Notes: a model not told the origin generated them from the sequence alone. A stretch of 64,000 nt of DNA from Stellaceae bacterium (GCA_050729815.1 JBOHLV010000102.1:12772-76771); one strand, 5' to 3'. Shown: positions 1-9,868, counted from the first letter of the stretch. Numbers and translations are program-made.

Positions 1-112
1 GACCTCGACCATCCGAGCACTCTACCGTGATGCAGGATTCCGGCAAGATTCAGGCAAATAAGCTGCTGTTCAGGCGTGTCCGGTCGGCTACAGTGTCGGC
101 GGAGACACGCAA

Positions 113-628
113 ATGGATTTGAAGCAACACATACGCGGAATTCCGGACTTCCCCCGGCCGGGGATCCTGTTCTACGACATTTCCACTCTTTTGGCGCATG
201 CCGAGGCGTGGCGCAAGACGGTCGATTTCTTGACCGAGACGTTGCGGCCGTATCGACCGGACCTCCTGGTCGGCATTGAATCACGCGGCTTCCTGGTTTC
301 GGCGCCCCTGGCCTATCGCCTCGGTTGCGGTTTCGTCATGGTGCGCAAGAAAGGCAAGCTGCCTGGCGGCATCATTCCCCATACCTACGATCTCGAATAC
401 GGCACCGACACCATCGAGATTCAAGCCGATGCGGTAAAGTCGGGTCAGCGCGTCGCGGTGGTGGACGATCTCCTTGCCACCGGTGGCACGCTCGGGGCGG
501 CGATCCAGCTCGTGCGCCTCGTCGGCGGTGAGGTGGCGGCCGCCGCCTGCATCATCGAACTCGCCTTCCTCGACGGCCGCGCGAGGCTCGATGTCCCGTT
601 CACCGCCGCCGTCAGCTACGATTCCTGA
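113..628 (+). CDS. apt: adenine phosphoribosyltransferase
   Basis: 171-aa ORF. It has the PRPP-binding motif [13 protein letters not shown] and an N-terminus [18 protein letters not shown] typical of Apt. Confidence 0.9.
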   Translation: MDLKQHIRGIPDFPRPGILFYDISTLLAHAEAWRKTVDFLTETLRPYRPDLLVGIESRGFLVSAPLAYRLGCGFVMVRKKGKLPGGIIPHTYDLEYGTDTIEIQADAVKSGQRVAVVDDLLATGGTLGAAIQLVRLVGGEVAAAACIIELAFLDGRARLDVPFTAAVSYDS

Positions 629-783
629 CATGATCGAACAGGGCCTGATCGCCGCCAGGGCCAAACCTCATGCGCGAGGGCCAAACCCCACGAATGTTGC
701 GACCAGGCCCGCTTGACGAAGCCCCCTCTTCGGTGCCACCTGACCTGTACTCATCCCTTCGATCCGTCAGGTAATCCTGCGAT

Positions 784-2253
784 ATGTGGAGACCGGAACA
801 GCGCATCCGATACAGCCCCGCCGCCGGCCGAATACCGAGCCGAGCGGAAGCAGCCGCCTCGCGTCTCTTCTCGCCGGTCACCGTGGGGCCGATCACGCTG
901 GCGCAGCGGACCTGGGTGCCGGCCATGGTGCCGTGGCGCGCGACCGAAGAGGGTTTCGTCACCGACGAGGTCCTCGACTGGTATGCGCGGTTCGCGCGCG
1001 GCCGTCCCGGTGCCATGGTGGTCGAAGCGACCGGCATCCGGGACATCGCGAGCGGCCCCTTGCTGCGCATCGGCCACGACCGTTTTCTCCCCGGACTTCA
1101 AAAGCTGGTCGAGACGGTGCGGCGTGAAAGCGGTGGCGAGACCCGGCTCTTCATTCAGATCATCGATTTTCTCGCGATCCGCCGGCGTCCCGAGCGCGGC
1201 CGTTTCCTGACGCAATTCCTGGGCATCACCGAGGGGCACCGCCGAGCGCTCGGCGAGCGGCTCAGCGACGACGAAATCCGCGCCCGTTTGATGGCGCTCT
1301 CGCCGGCGGAATTGCGCGGCGTGCTGACGGCCGGCGAATGGGAGGCGCTGGAGTCGGGCTATCGCGAGCACGTAACCGACATGGCGTTGCGCCAGATCGC
1401 CTCTCTGCCGACGGTGTTGCCCGATCTCTTTGCCGATGCCGCCGAGCGGGCGCGTCGCGTCGGCTTCGATGGGGTCGAGTTGCATTACGCCCATGCCTAT
1501 ACGATGGCGTCGTTCCTGTCGGCCACCAACGATCGTAACGACGGGTATGGGGGGCCGCGGGAACATCGGGTGCGCCTGCCGCTCGAAGTCTACGATGCGG
1601 TGCGCCGCCGGGTCGGACAGGATTATGCCATCGGCTGCCGCTTCCTTGCCGAGGAAAGCATCGCGGGCGGCAGCACCCTCGACGATGCGGCCTATTTCGG
1701 TGTCGAATTCGCCCGGGCGGGGATGGATTTCCTCTCGACCTCCCGCGGCGGCAAGTTCGACGACGCGAAGCAGCCGGCGGTCGGTGCCGCCGCCTATCCC
1801 TATACCGGGCGCAGCGGCTATGAATGCATGCCGCAATATCTCTCGGACGAGCGGGGGCCCTTCGGCCGCAACATGGCGCCGACCAAGACGATCCGCGACG
1901 CGGTGCATGCCGCCGGTCTCGCTGTGCCGATCGTCTGTACCGGCGGCATCCATAATTTTGAGATGGCGGAGCGGGCGCTGGTGGAGGGCGTCTGCGACAT
2001 CGTCGGCGCGGCACGACAGTCGCTCGCCGATCCTGATTGGTTCCGCAAGATCGAACTCGGTCTCGGCGATCAGGTGCGACGCTGCGAATACACCAATTAT
2101 TGCGAGGGTTTGGACCAGAAGCATAAGCCCGTGACGTGTCAGCTCTGGGATCGGGACGCGCTTGATGAGCCGGGGGCGCGCCTCACCCGCGACGGACGCC
2201 GCCGTCTCGTCGCGCCCGACTGGCAAGCGCCGGTCAGCGCCGCGGAATCTTGA
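784..2253 (+). CDS. Old Yellow Enzyme-family NADH:flavin oxidoreductase with C-terminal Cys-containing extension
   Basis: LFSPVTVGPITLAQR N-terminal region and GFDGVELHYAHAYTMASFLS match the OYE/FMN oxidoreductase core. The tail contains CEYTNYCEGLDQKHKPVTC. The start is uncertain (ATG 784 is the only in-frame start upstream of the conserved N-terminus). Confidence 0.8.
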   Translation: MWRPEQRIRYSPAAGRIPSRAEAAASRLFSPVTVGPITLAQRTWVPAMVPWRATEEGFVTDEVLDWYARFARGRPGAMVVEATGIRDIASGPLLRIGHDRFLPGLQKLVETVRRESGGETRLFIQIIDFLAIRRRPERGRFLTQFLGITEGHRRALGERLSDDEIRARLMALSPAELRGVLTAGEWEALESGYREHVTDMALRQIASLPTVLPDLFADAAERARRVGFDGVELHYAHAYTMASFLSATNDRNDGYGGPREHRVRLPLEVYDAVRRRVGQDYAIGCRFLAEESIAGGSTLDDAAYFGVEFARAGMDFLSTSRGGKFDDAKQPAVGAAAYPYTGRSGYECMPQYLSDERGPFGRNMAPTKTIRDAVHAAGLAVPIVCTGGIHNFEMAERALVEGVCDIVGAARQSLADPDWFRKIELGLGDQVRRCEYTNYCEGLDQKHKPVTCQLWDRDALDEPGARLTRDGRRRLVAPDWQAPVSAAES

Positions 2254-3838
2254 TCCCCGCCGCCTCGCGGTCCCAGGTCGCGGCTGTCACCCCACGCTCG
2301 CGCAGCTTGAACTTCTGAATCTTGCCGCTTTCCGTCGCCGGCAGGGTATCGCAAAACTCGATATAGCGCGGCACCGCAAAATAGGGCATGCGCGGCGCGC
2401 AGAAACGCACAAGGTCGGCGGCGTCGAGCACGCCGCCCGAGTGCAGCACTATCGCGGCCATCACCTCATCCTCGGCGAGGTCAGAGCGGACCGGAAACAC
2501 GGCGGCTGTCGCGACCTCGGGATGGCTCAACAACACCTGCTCAACCTCGAATGAGGAGATGTTCTCGCCGCGCCGGCGAATGGCGTCCTTCAGCCGATCG
2601 ACGAATTTGAAATAGCCGTCGCGATCGCGGATCACCCGGTCGCCGGTATGGAACCAGCCGTCGCGCCAGGCCTCGGCGGTCTTTTCCGGCGCCGCGAAAT
2701 AGCCCCTGGCGAAGGCAAGCGGCTCATCCGCGCTGAGGATGAGTTCACCCTGCCCGCCATCGGCAACGTCGCGATCCCGGTCATCGACGATGCGCGCGGC
2801 GAAGCCGGGGCAGACGCGGCCCATGAGTCCGGGCCGCTGCCCTTCGATCCCGGTGCCGATGACGAAGTTGGTCTCCGTCGAGCCATAGCCATCGAGAAGA
2901 TGAATACCGGTGCGCCGGGTAAACTCTTCGTGGAAATGGCCCGGCACGCCGGGCGCCAGCGCGATTGGGACGCGGTGCGCCCGTTCCTTGGGATCGGGCG
3001 GGCGCGACAGCAGGATCGGCACCATGGCGCCAAGCAGATAGGCCACGGTGGCGCCGCGCCGCGTCAGCCCATCCCAGAAACGCGATGCGGAAAAGCGCGG
3101 CTCAAAGATCGCGGTTGCGCCGGTGATTAGTGCCTGGAAAAACGTGTTGAGCGCGTTGGTGTGGAACAGCGGCAGGGTCGTGCACAGCACGTCGTCGGCG
3201 TCAATGCCGAGGAGATGCGCGGTATGGACGCCCCACCAAAAATATTGTGCGTGAGGGCAGCAGACGCCCTTCGACGGCCCGGTCGTGCCGGAAGTGTAGA
3301 GCACCGCGAACAAATCCTCGGGCCGGGGCGAGGCTGTATCGACGGCCGCGCCAAGCGGCGGCATTGATCGCGCGATCGCGGGTGGCGTTACGCCCTCGCC
3401 GGGCGCGTCGATGAGCCAGATGGCTTCAAGTGGCAAGGCGGCGAGATCGAGGTGATCGAGCGACGACAGGAATTCGGCTTCGATCACCAGGAGTCGCGCC
3501 GCCGAATTGCCGAGAATATGCTGAAGCTGCGCGCCGCGCGACGCGACATTGATTGGCACCAGGATCGCACCAAGCCAGCCGCAACCGAGCATCGTCTCGA
3601 TGAACTCGGGCCGGTTGGAAGAGATGAGCGCGACCCGGTCGCCGGGTTTGATGCCGGCGGCCAGAAGGCGTCCCGCCGCCCGCGCGGCGATGACGGGCGC
3701 TTCCCCAAAGCTCGCTTGCCAGGCGCCGGCCGCGACCAGGGGCTTGTCGCCGAATCGTTCCGCCTGGCGGCGCAGCAACGCGGGAAGGCATCGCTCCTCC
3801 GGAGAAAAAGGTAGCGCCCGAAGACGGTCTTCTTGCAT
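2234..3838 (-). CDS. AMP-dependent acyl-CoA synthetase/ligase
   Basis: 534-aa ORF with AMP-binding motif YTSGTTGPSKGV and GDRVIRDRDGYFKFVDRLKD. Its start overlaps the stop of the upstream gene by 1 nt. Confidence 0.85.
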   Translation of the reverse strand: MQEDRLRALPFSPEERCLPALLRRQAERFGDKPLVAAGAWQASFGEAPVIAARAAGRLLAAGIKPGDRVALISSNRPEFIETMLGCGWLGAILVPINVASRGAQLQHILGNSAARLLVIEAEFLSSLDHLDLAALPLEAIWLIDAPGEGVTPPAIARSMPPLGAAVDTASPRPEDLFAVLYTSGTTGPSKGVCCPHAQYFWWGVHTAHLLGIDADDVLCTTLPLFHTNALNTFFQALITGATAIFEPRFSASRFWDGLTRRGATVAYLLGAMVPILLSRPPDPKERAHRVPIALAPGVPGHFHEEFTRRTGIHLLDGYGSTETNFVIGTGIEGQRPGLMGRVCPGFAARIVDDRDRDVADGGQGELILSADEPLAFARGYFAAPEKTAEAWRDGWFHTGDRVIRDRDGYFKFVDRLKDAIRRRGENISSFEVEQVLLSHPEVATAAVFPVRSDLAEDEVMAAIVLHSGGVLDAADLVRFCAPRMPYFAVPRYIEFCDTLPATESGKIQKFKLRERGVTAATWDREAAGIKIPRR

Positions 3839-4818
3839 CAGGATAGCTCCGGCGGCCGTGCCAGCCCGAAATGCCGCAGCAGCGCGACGAAGGCGGCGAG
3901 GCGATCGGCCCGATAGGCATCGACATCGATGCGCTCGTAATTGAAAAAGCCCTGGCCGGTCTTGAGGCCGATCCTTCCTTCCGCCATGTTGCGCCGGATG
4001 ATCGGCGGCGCGGCATAGCGCGGATCGTCAAGCGCTTGCGTCAGATATTCGCTCGCATAGTGGAGGATATCGCCACCGCCCCAATCGATGAATTCGAGCA
4101 GCCCTAATACGGCGAAGCGAAAGCCGAAGCCGAATTTGACCGCCTTGTCGATGTCCTCGGCGCTCCCGACGCCTTCCTCGACCATGCGGGCCGCTTCATT
4201 CATGGCGAGCGCCTGGATGCGCGGCACGATATAGCCCGGAGACGCCGCGCAAACGACCGGAACTTTGCCGACTTCTTCCAGAATATGCCGCAAACTTGCC
4301 GTTGCTGCTGGGTCCGTCGCCACCCCGGGCGAGAGTTCGACGAGCGGTACGAGATAGGGCGGGTTCAGCCAATGCGCATTGAGGAACCGCTCGGGACGGA
4401 CGACCGCATCGGCCAATTCCTCCACGAGGATCGTGGAAGTGGTGGAGGCGATGATCGCCTCCGCCGGTGCGAGCGGCGATATCCGCGCCAGAATCTCGCG
4501 CTTCAGTGCGACGATCTCCGGCACGCCCTCGAAGACGAACTGGGCCGTGCTCAATGCCACGGCGGTATCGGCCTCGGCATCGATCCGCACCCGCGCCAAG
4601 ATGCGGTCGACATCGCGCTCGGCGAAGAGGCCAAGACCGGAGAGCGTTGCCAGAGTATCGCGTATCTCGTCGCGCGCTTCCCGGGCGAGTCTGGCGAAAT
4701 CATCACCGTCGCGCGACTTCACGTCGATCAGCGCGACCTCATATCCTGCATAGGCGAAGACGATGGCGATCCCGCGACCCATGCGTCCGGCGCCGATGGC
4801 GGCAATGCGCGGCTTCAC
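3838..4818 (-). CDS. 3-hydroxyacyl-CoA (3-hydroxybutyryl-CoA-type) dehydrogenase
   Basis: Rossmann N-terminus IAAIGAGRMGRGIA and the HWLNPPYLVPLVE region are typical of HADH. I trimmed the ORF-track start (4920) to GTG at 4818, which forms a GTGA overlap with the upstream stop. Confidence 0.8.
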   Translation of the reverse strand: MKPRIAAIGAGRMGRGIAIVFAYAGYEVALIDVKSRDGDDFARLAREARDEIRDTLATLSGLGLFAERDVDRILARVRIDAEADTAVALSTAQFVFEGVPEIVALKREILARISPLAPAEAIIASTTSTILVEELADAVVRPERFLNAHWLNPPYLVPLVELSPGVATDPAATASLRHILEEVGKVPVVCAASPGYIVPRIQALAMNEAARMVEEGVGSAEDIDKAVKFGFGFRFAVLGLLEFIDWGGGDILHYASEYLTQALDDPRYAAPPIIRRNMAEGRIGLKTGQGFFNYERIDVDAYRADRLAAFVALLRHFGLARPPELS

Positions 4819-5906
4819 GCGAAACCCCGGTCGAGAAAATTTTGGAGCGCGGTCAGGTCCAGATCGCCGAGACCGATGCTGGCGAGGCTGCGTCCGGTCG
4901 CCGCGAAATCTTCGCCGCAAATCGCCGCACCGATGGCAAGAAACCCGTTGATGAGCGGGGCCTCAACCCTGGCGAGGCGCGCGAGCGAGGACAAAAGGGC
5001 AAGGCCGAGCGCCACATCCTCCCGCATATAGCGATGCTCGGTAAGGACGATATGCTCCCGCCAATCGCCCGATTCGGTCAGCTTGTCATGCGATCCGCGA
5101 CCGTACATCCATTCCTCGCCCTCCCTCGCATAATGGTGAGCGAGCGGAAAGTGCGGCGGCGGATATTGGAGCGCGATGCGAAGCGCGATGCGTTCGGCAT
5201 CGAGCGCGTCGGTGACACGGCGGACCGCGGGCTGCGTGCCCTCCTGATGAATATCCCACCGTTCGAAATGTTCGAGCGGCGCCGCATTCATGGTGATGAG
5301 CGGCGGATGAATGACGGCCCCCGCATTCATCAGCGCCCCCGAGAGCGCGTCGCCGCACGGCTCGATCACACCGGGGAATGCGCGGTTAATGATATCGAGC
5401 GCGTGCGTCGCGCGACGCATCGGAAACACGCCGGTCGGCAGCCGCTTGCCACGGGCTGAGATGCGCACCTCGAACGGCCCCTGTTTGCGGCAGAGCCAAG
5501 GTAGCGTGCCGCTCTCGGCGAAGGCGACGTCGGCATGATTGCCGGCCTCGCGCACGATCTTCGCCATCAGGACCGAACCGAACGTACCCGGCGGCAGGAA
5601 TACGATTTGGCCATCCGCCAAATGGCGCGCGAGGGCCGACGCGATCGCCTCTTGCGCGAAGGCTGGCACAGGACAGAGGATGAGCGCCGCGCCCGCGACC
5701 GCCGCGCCGATCTCATCGGTGATGAGCGCCGGCCGCGCCTCTTGCCGGCCGCGATAATCGATGACGCCGATGGTGCCGCCCGCCGTGCGATGGGCGGCAA
5801 CCGCGTCCCCGTCGCGCCGCCAGAGGCGTACCTCATGGCCGGCAAGGGCAAAATCGCCCGCGGCCGCGAAGGACCCGTTGCCTCCTCCCAAAACGGCGAT
5901 CTTCAC
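4815..5906 (-). CDS. NAD/NADP octopine/nopaline dehydrogenase-family oxidoreductase
   Basis: 363 aa. The N-terminus MKIAVLGGGNGSFAAAGDFALAGHEVRLW is typical of the opine dehydrogenase family. Substrate unknown. Confidence 0.65.
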   Translation of the reverse strand: MKIAVLGGGNGSFAAAGDFALAGHEVRLWRRDGDAVAAHRTAGGTIGVIDYRGRQEARPALITDEIGAAVAGAALILCPVPAFAQEAIASALARHLADGQIVFLPPGTFGSVLMAKIVREAGNHADVAFAESGTLPWLCRKQGPFEVRISARGKRLPTGVFPMRRATHALDIINRAFPGVIEPCGDALSGALMNAGAVIHPPLITMNAAPLEHFERWDIHQEGTQPAVRRVTDALDAERIALRIALQYPPPHFPLAHHYAREGEEWMYGRGSHDKLTESGDWREHIVLTEHRYMREDVALGLALLSSLARLARVEAPLINGFLAIGAAICGEDFAATGRSLASIGLGDLDLTALQNFLDRGFA

Positions 5907-5920
5907 GAAAGGCGTTCCTT

Positions 5921-6655
5921 TCAGATGGTGAGGCTGCCGATGCTCGATCCGCCGCAGACGAACAAAGTCTGGCCGGTGACGAAGCCCGATTCGGGCGCCG
6001 CAAAAAACATGACGGCATTGACGATGTCTTCCGGCCGGCCAAGCCGTTTCACCGGGATCGCCGCGGCGAGTTTTGCCTCGCGTTCGCTACCGGCCGGCAC
6101 GATCTCGTGAAACATCCGGGTGCCGGCGATCGGGCCGGGCGCCACCATGTTGACCGTGATGCCGAAGGGCGCGAGCTCCAAGGCCCAGGTGCGGCCCATG
6201 CCGATGATGCCGGCCTTGGTTGCGGAATAGGCGGTGCGGCCAATCGTGCCAAGCGCGGCGCGCGACGAGATCATGACGACGCGGCCGAATTGCCTCTCCT
6301 TCATGCCGGGGAGCGACGCCTGCAACAGGATGAGGGCGGCACCGAGATGGAGCTGCGCGAGGTTCTGCACATCCTCGGCGGTCGCTTCGTCGATGAGCTT
6401 GTGCCGCGTCACGCCGGCCGAATGGATGAGATGCGATACCTGGTGCCGTGCCGCAATATCGGCGGCGACGCGTTGCGTCGCGGTGATGTCGATGAGATCG
6501 ATCTCGATCGCTTCGAGCCGCGGATGCGATAGCGCCGGCTTTTCGCGGGCGAGAGAGATGACGGCGAAGCCGCGATCCAGCAATCGCGCGACGATCGCGG
6601 CGCCGATGCCGGCCCCGCCGCCGGTGACGATCGCGGTGCCCGACGGCGCGCTCAT
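5921..6655 (-). CDS. short-chain dehydrogenase/reductase (SDR)
   Basis: TGGGAGIGAAIV cofactor motif and YSATKAG (YxxxK). The start is set at ATG 6655, which forms an ATGA overlap with the upstream stop. The longer ORF-track version has an Arg/Pro-rich spurious extension. Confidence 0.85.
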   Translation of the reverse strand: MSAPSGTAIVTGGGAGIGAAIVARLLDRGFAVISLAREKPALSHPRLEAIEIDLIDITATQRVAADIAARHQVSHLIHSAGVTRHKLIDEATAEDVQNLAQLHLGAALILLQASLPGMKERQFGRVVMISSRAALGTIGRTAYSATKAGIIGMGRTWALELAPFGITVNMVAPGPIAGTRMFHEIVPAGSEREAKLAAAIPVKRLGRPEDIVNAVMFFAAPESGFVTGQTLFVCGGSSIGSLTI

Positions 6656-7455
6656 GTCCCGGCTACCAGGGCAAGGACGCGGAGCGGACTGCCCGATCCC
6701 TTCCGCACCTTCAAGGGCGCGGCGAAGATCACCGCGCCGGTCGGCGGCAGGAGGTCGAGATTGGTGAGGCATTGGAGGCCGTAACGGCCCTTGCCATGCA
6801 TGTAGTAATGCGCGGGATAGGGCGGATTGAAATGATTGGCCTGCCCCCCATCGGTGCCGATCGTCTCGGTGCCGAAACCATGGACATCGCGCTCCTCGAC
6901 CAGCCATTTGACCGCTTCGGGGCAGGGGCCCGGCGAATGTGCGCCGTCATCGCCCATATTGGCGTAATCGCGATAAGGCAGCTTCGACCAGTCGGTGCGC
7001 AGCAGCACCCAATTGCGCGCCGGGATGCGGCCATGTTTCGCCTCCCACGCCGTGATATCGGCGACGGAAAGCTCATAATCGGGATTGGCCGCCGATTGCT
7101 TGCTGATGTCGATGACGCATGCCGGCGCGATGAACGCCGAGACCGGGATCGTATCGACCGAATTGTTCGGCAGATCCTTGCCCGAGACCCAATGGATCGG
7201 CGCATCGAAATGCGTACCGGTATGCTCCCCCATCGAGAGATTGTTCCAGTACCAGGCCGGCCCGCGCTCGTCATAGCGCGAGATTTCCTCCATCCGGAAC
7301 GGCGCGCATTGGCCGAGTTCCGGCGGCATGACGATGGTCGGAAATTCCGGCGCGAGGGTGTGGGTCAAATCGATCACCTTGACCTCGCCAGTCGCAACCG
7401 CGGCGGCGAGGCCGAGGAGGTCGGCGGTGAGGGCGCCCTTCCTGTTGCCGCTCAT
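6652..7455 (-). CDS. cyclase-family protein (kynurenine formamidase / isatin hydrolase fold)
   Basis: 267 aa with the metal-binding motif HTGTHFDAPIHW that is characteristic of the putative-cyclase/arylformamidase family. Confidence 0.8.
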   Translation of the reverse strand: MSGNRKGALTADLLGLAAAVATGEVKVIDLTHTLAPEFPTIVMPPELGQCAPFRMEEISRYDERGPAWYWNNLSMGEHTGTHFDAPIHWVSGKDLPNNSVDTIPVSAFIAPACVIDISKQSAANPDYELSVADITAWEAKHGRIPARNWVLLRTDWSKLPYRDYANMGDDGAHSPGPCPEAVKWLVEERDVHGFGTETIGTDGGQANHFNPPYPAHYYMHGKGRYGLQCLTNLDLLPPTGAVIFAAPLKVRKGSGSPLRVLALVAGT

Positions 7456-8693
7456 GTGCCAAGCTCCCGTTCGAGTGCCTTCGGATTGGTGGCGAGCCGT
7501 CCGCGCACATCGTTCGCGATGTCGCCGACATAGACATCCTCAAGGCCGCGGCGCAGCGCATCGATCGTCGCATTGGCGAGCGCCGCCGGTGTCACTTTGG
7601 GCGGCGGCACGGTCTGGTACCATTCGGTGTCGAGTGGGCCGAAGAACATGTTCACCACCTTGACGCCGCCGGGGCGCAGTTCGGCGCGCAGGCACTGCGC
7701 CGCCGAAAGACATGCCGCCTCGGTCGCCGAAAAGGCGCCGAACGCCGGCCAGTTCATCAATGCAAAGACCGACAAGAGATTGACGAGCGCCGCGGCGGAA
7801 TTGACGCCATCGGCGCCGCGGGCACGCAGGGTCGGGCCGAAGGCTTGGGCGAGGCGCGTCAGGCCGAGATAGCGGATGTCCATCTCCTCCCGCGCCACGT
7901 TGAGGCCCTTGCGCTCGATGAGGCCGCCGGCGCGGACATGCTCCGCCGTGTTGATAAGGATATCGACGCGGCCACCGATCTCGCCGGCAATGTCCTCGAC
8001 CGAGACGCTGTCCGTCATGTCGAGCGGCACGATCTCGACCCGCGGAATTTCGCGCAAACTCGCCTCGCCCGGGAATGGCTTCCACGGATCGGCGATGCCG
8101 ACGAAGATGATGCCCGCCTCTGCCGCGGACATCGCCTTTGCCATCGCCTGGCCGACGGCATTGCGCCCATCGCTGATGAGAACGCGCCGGAATTTCGGAT
8201 CACAAGTCAGCTCGCGCCATTCGGGATCGTCGGCCATGTGAAGCGTATCCTGTTCGGGAAGCGCGATCGCCACCGCCTCGCCGCTGCGGTCGAGCTTCAA
8301 CGCCAGCCGCACGCGCGCCCCCTCACGCACATCGCCATGAAGATGGGTCACGATGGAGGGGCCGCAATCGAGCACGACGACCCCGACCCGCCACGGCATG
8401 CGCTCGCGAAAAAAGACATCGATCGAGGTGCGGATCGTGGTCTCGGCGAGCAGCCTGCCGCCGTTCGGCACATCCTCGAACGGCAGGCGCGGCGACAGGC
8501 ATTTGGGACAGGCATCGCGCGGCGGATAGATGATTTCGTGGCAATCGCCGCACACCTGAAGGGCGAAACGTCCCTCCGCCGCCGCCGCGGTCAGGCCCTG
8601 CGCGGTGCGGCTGCGCGTCTTCAGCGGCAGGAGCGGCTGTCGCGTCTTCTTGAGGGGGTCCTTGCGTTTCGGCTTCGTCAAGGGTTCGGTCAT
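7452..8693 (-). CDS. DUF35 (Zn-ribbon + OB-fold, acyl-CoA-associated) domain fused to a degenerate SDR-like domain
   Basis: The N-terminal half has CGDCHEIIYPPRDACPKC (CxxC...CxxC) plus an OB-fold region. The C-terminal half aligns by eye to SDRs, but it has ISDGRNAVGQ in place of TGxxxGxG and FSATEAA in place of YxxxK. Confidence 0.7.
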   Translation of the reverse strand: MTEPLTKPKRKDPLKKTRQPLLPLKTRSRTAQGLTAAAAEGRFALQVCGDCHEIIYPPRDACPKCLSPRLPFEDVPNGGRLLAETTIRTSIDVFFRERMPWRVGVVVLDCGPSIVTHLHGDVREGARVRLALKLDRSGEAVAIALPEQDTLHMADDPEWRELTCDPKFRRVLISDGRNAVGQAMAKAMSAAEAGIIFVGIADPWKPFPGEASLREIPRVEIVPLDMTDSVSVEDIAGEIGGRVDILINTAEHVRAGGLIERKGLNVAREEMDIRYLGLTRLAQAFGPTLRARGADGVNSAAALVNLLSVFALMNWPAFGAFSATEAACLSAAQCLRAELRPGGVKVVNMFFGPLDTEWYQTVPPPKVTPAALANATIDALRRGLEDVYVGDIANDVRGRLATNPKALERELGT

Positions 8694-9868
8694 GCGTTTG
8701 CTCCTTGAAGCAAAACGGCGCCGCTCGCAAGGCCGCGATCATAGGTGATCATGCCGAAGCCGGAAACGAGGCCGATCCGTGCATCCGGCACCGCCGCGCC
8801 AATGGTTTGTCCTGTCACCTGGCGCAGCGCCTCGACGAGGCCGAGATAGCCGCCCGCGGCGCCGGCCTGTCCGACCGACAACTGCCCGCCCGAGACGTTG
8901 TGCGGGAACGTCCCGTCCCAGGTCAGGCTATGGGCGCGGACGAATTCCGCGGCTTCGCCTTTCTTGCAGAAGCCCAGATCCTCGATCTGCATCATGCAGA
9001 TGACGGGATAATCGTCATAGGTCTGAAGGAAATCGACATCAGCGGGCGTGATGCCGGCCATGCCATAAAGCTCGTCCAGATCGAGCGCCCAGCCGCCGCG
9101 ATACTGCACGGGATCGTCGGAAAAGGCGTTGTGACGCTCAATGGTGCCAAGAATCCGCGCCGCCGGCAGATGGAGCGAGCGCGCCACATCCTCGCGGCAA
9201 ACGAGGAATGCCTCGGCGCCGGCGCAAGGCATGACGCAATCGAACAGATGGATCGGGTCGGAGATCGCGCGCGCATTCATATACTCGTCGAGTGTCAGCG
9301 GCTGTTTCATCAAGGCATGGGGAAAGGTGAGGGCGTTGTCGCGCTGCGCCACGCAAATCTTGCCGAAATCTTCGCGCGTCGCGCCATAGCGGTTCATGTA
9401 ATGCCTGGTGATGAGCGCGAAATTGGCGTTGGGACCGCCGGAGCCATAGGGATAGACCGCATCCTGCGCGAACCGCGAAAACGTCGTCAGCATGTTGCGG
9501 AAGGAATCGACATGGTTGGTGTCGCCGGCGACACAGGCGACGAACTCGGCATCGCCCGCCTGTACCGCGCGCGCGGCGCGGCGCAACGCGACCACCCCCG
9601 ACGCGCCACCCAAGGGCACATGATCGAGCCAGCGCGGGCTGAGCCCCAGATGCTGCGTCAGCCCGATCGCGGTATCGGGGCCGAGCGTAAAGCTCGATAC
9701 CGAAAGCCCGTCGATGTCGCGAGGGCTGAGGCCGGCGCGCGTCACGAGATCATGCAGCGCGCGGCCGATCCACCAATGGGCGCTGTTGATGGAATAGCGC
9801 CGGTAGGGGACCGTCACCGGCACCGCGACAGCGACGCCGTCATAGGATTGACGTGCGGTTTTCGCCAT
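8690..9868 (-). CDS. thiolase-superfamily protein (SCP-x/Ltp-like), apparently lacking thiolase catalytic Cys/His
   Basis: About 392 aa with a thiolase-like fold by eye. The nucleophile region reads LGGASGVVALRRAARAVQAG (Gly where thiolases have Cys). The C-terminal region reads NVSGGQLSVGQAGAAGG (Gln where GHP has His). Start taken at ATG 9868 (MAKTARQ). Confidence 0.75.
   Translation of the reverse strand: MAKTARQSYDGVAVAVPVTVPYRRYSINSAHWWIGRALHDLVTRAGLSPRDIDGLSVSSFTLGPDTAIGLTQHLGLSPRWLDHVPLGGASGVVALRRAARAVQAGDAEFVACVAGDTNHVDSFRNMLTTFSRFAQDAVYPYGSGGPNANFALITRHYMNRYGATREDFGKICVAQRDNALTFPHALMKQPLTLDEYMNARAISDPIHLFDCVMPCAGAEAFLVCREDVARSLHLPAARILGTIERHNAFSDDPVQYRGGWALDLDELYGMAGITPADVDFLQTYDDYPVICMMQIEDLGFCKKGEAAEFVRAHSLTWDGTFPHNVSGGQLSVGQAGAAGGYLGLVEALRQVTGQTIGAAVPDARIGLVSGFGMITYDRGLASGAVLLQGANA

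Noticed and set aside
751-2226. 491-aa minus-strand ORF opposite the OYE-type gene.
   Set aside because: It is a shadow ORF. The plus-strand frame carries clear OYE motifs, and the minus-strand product has none.
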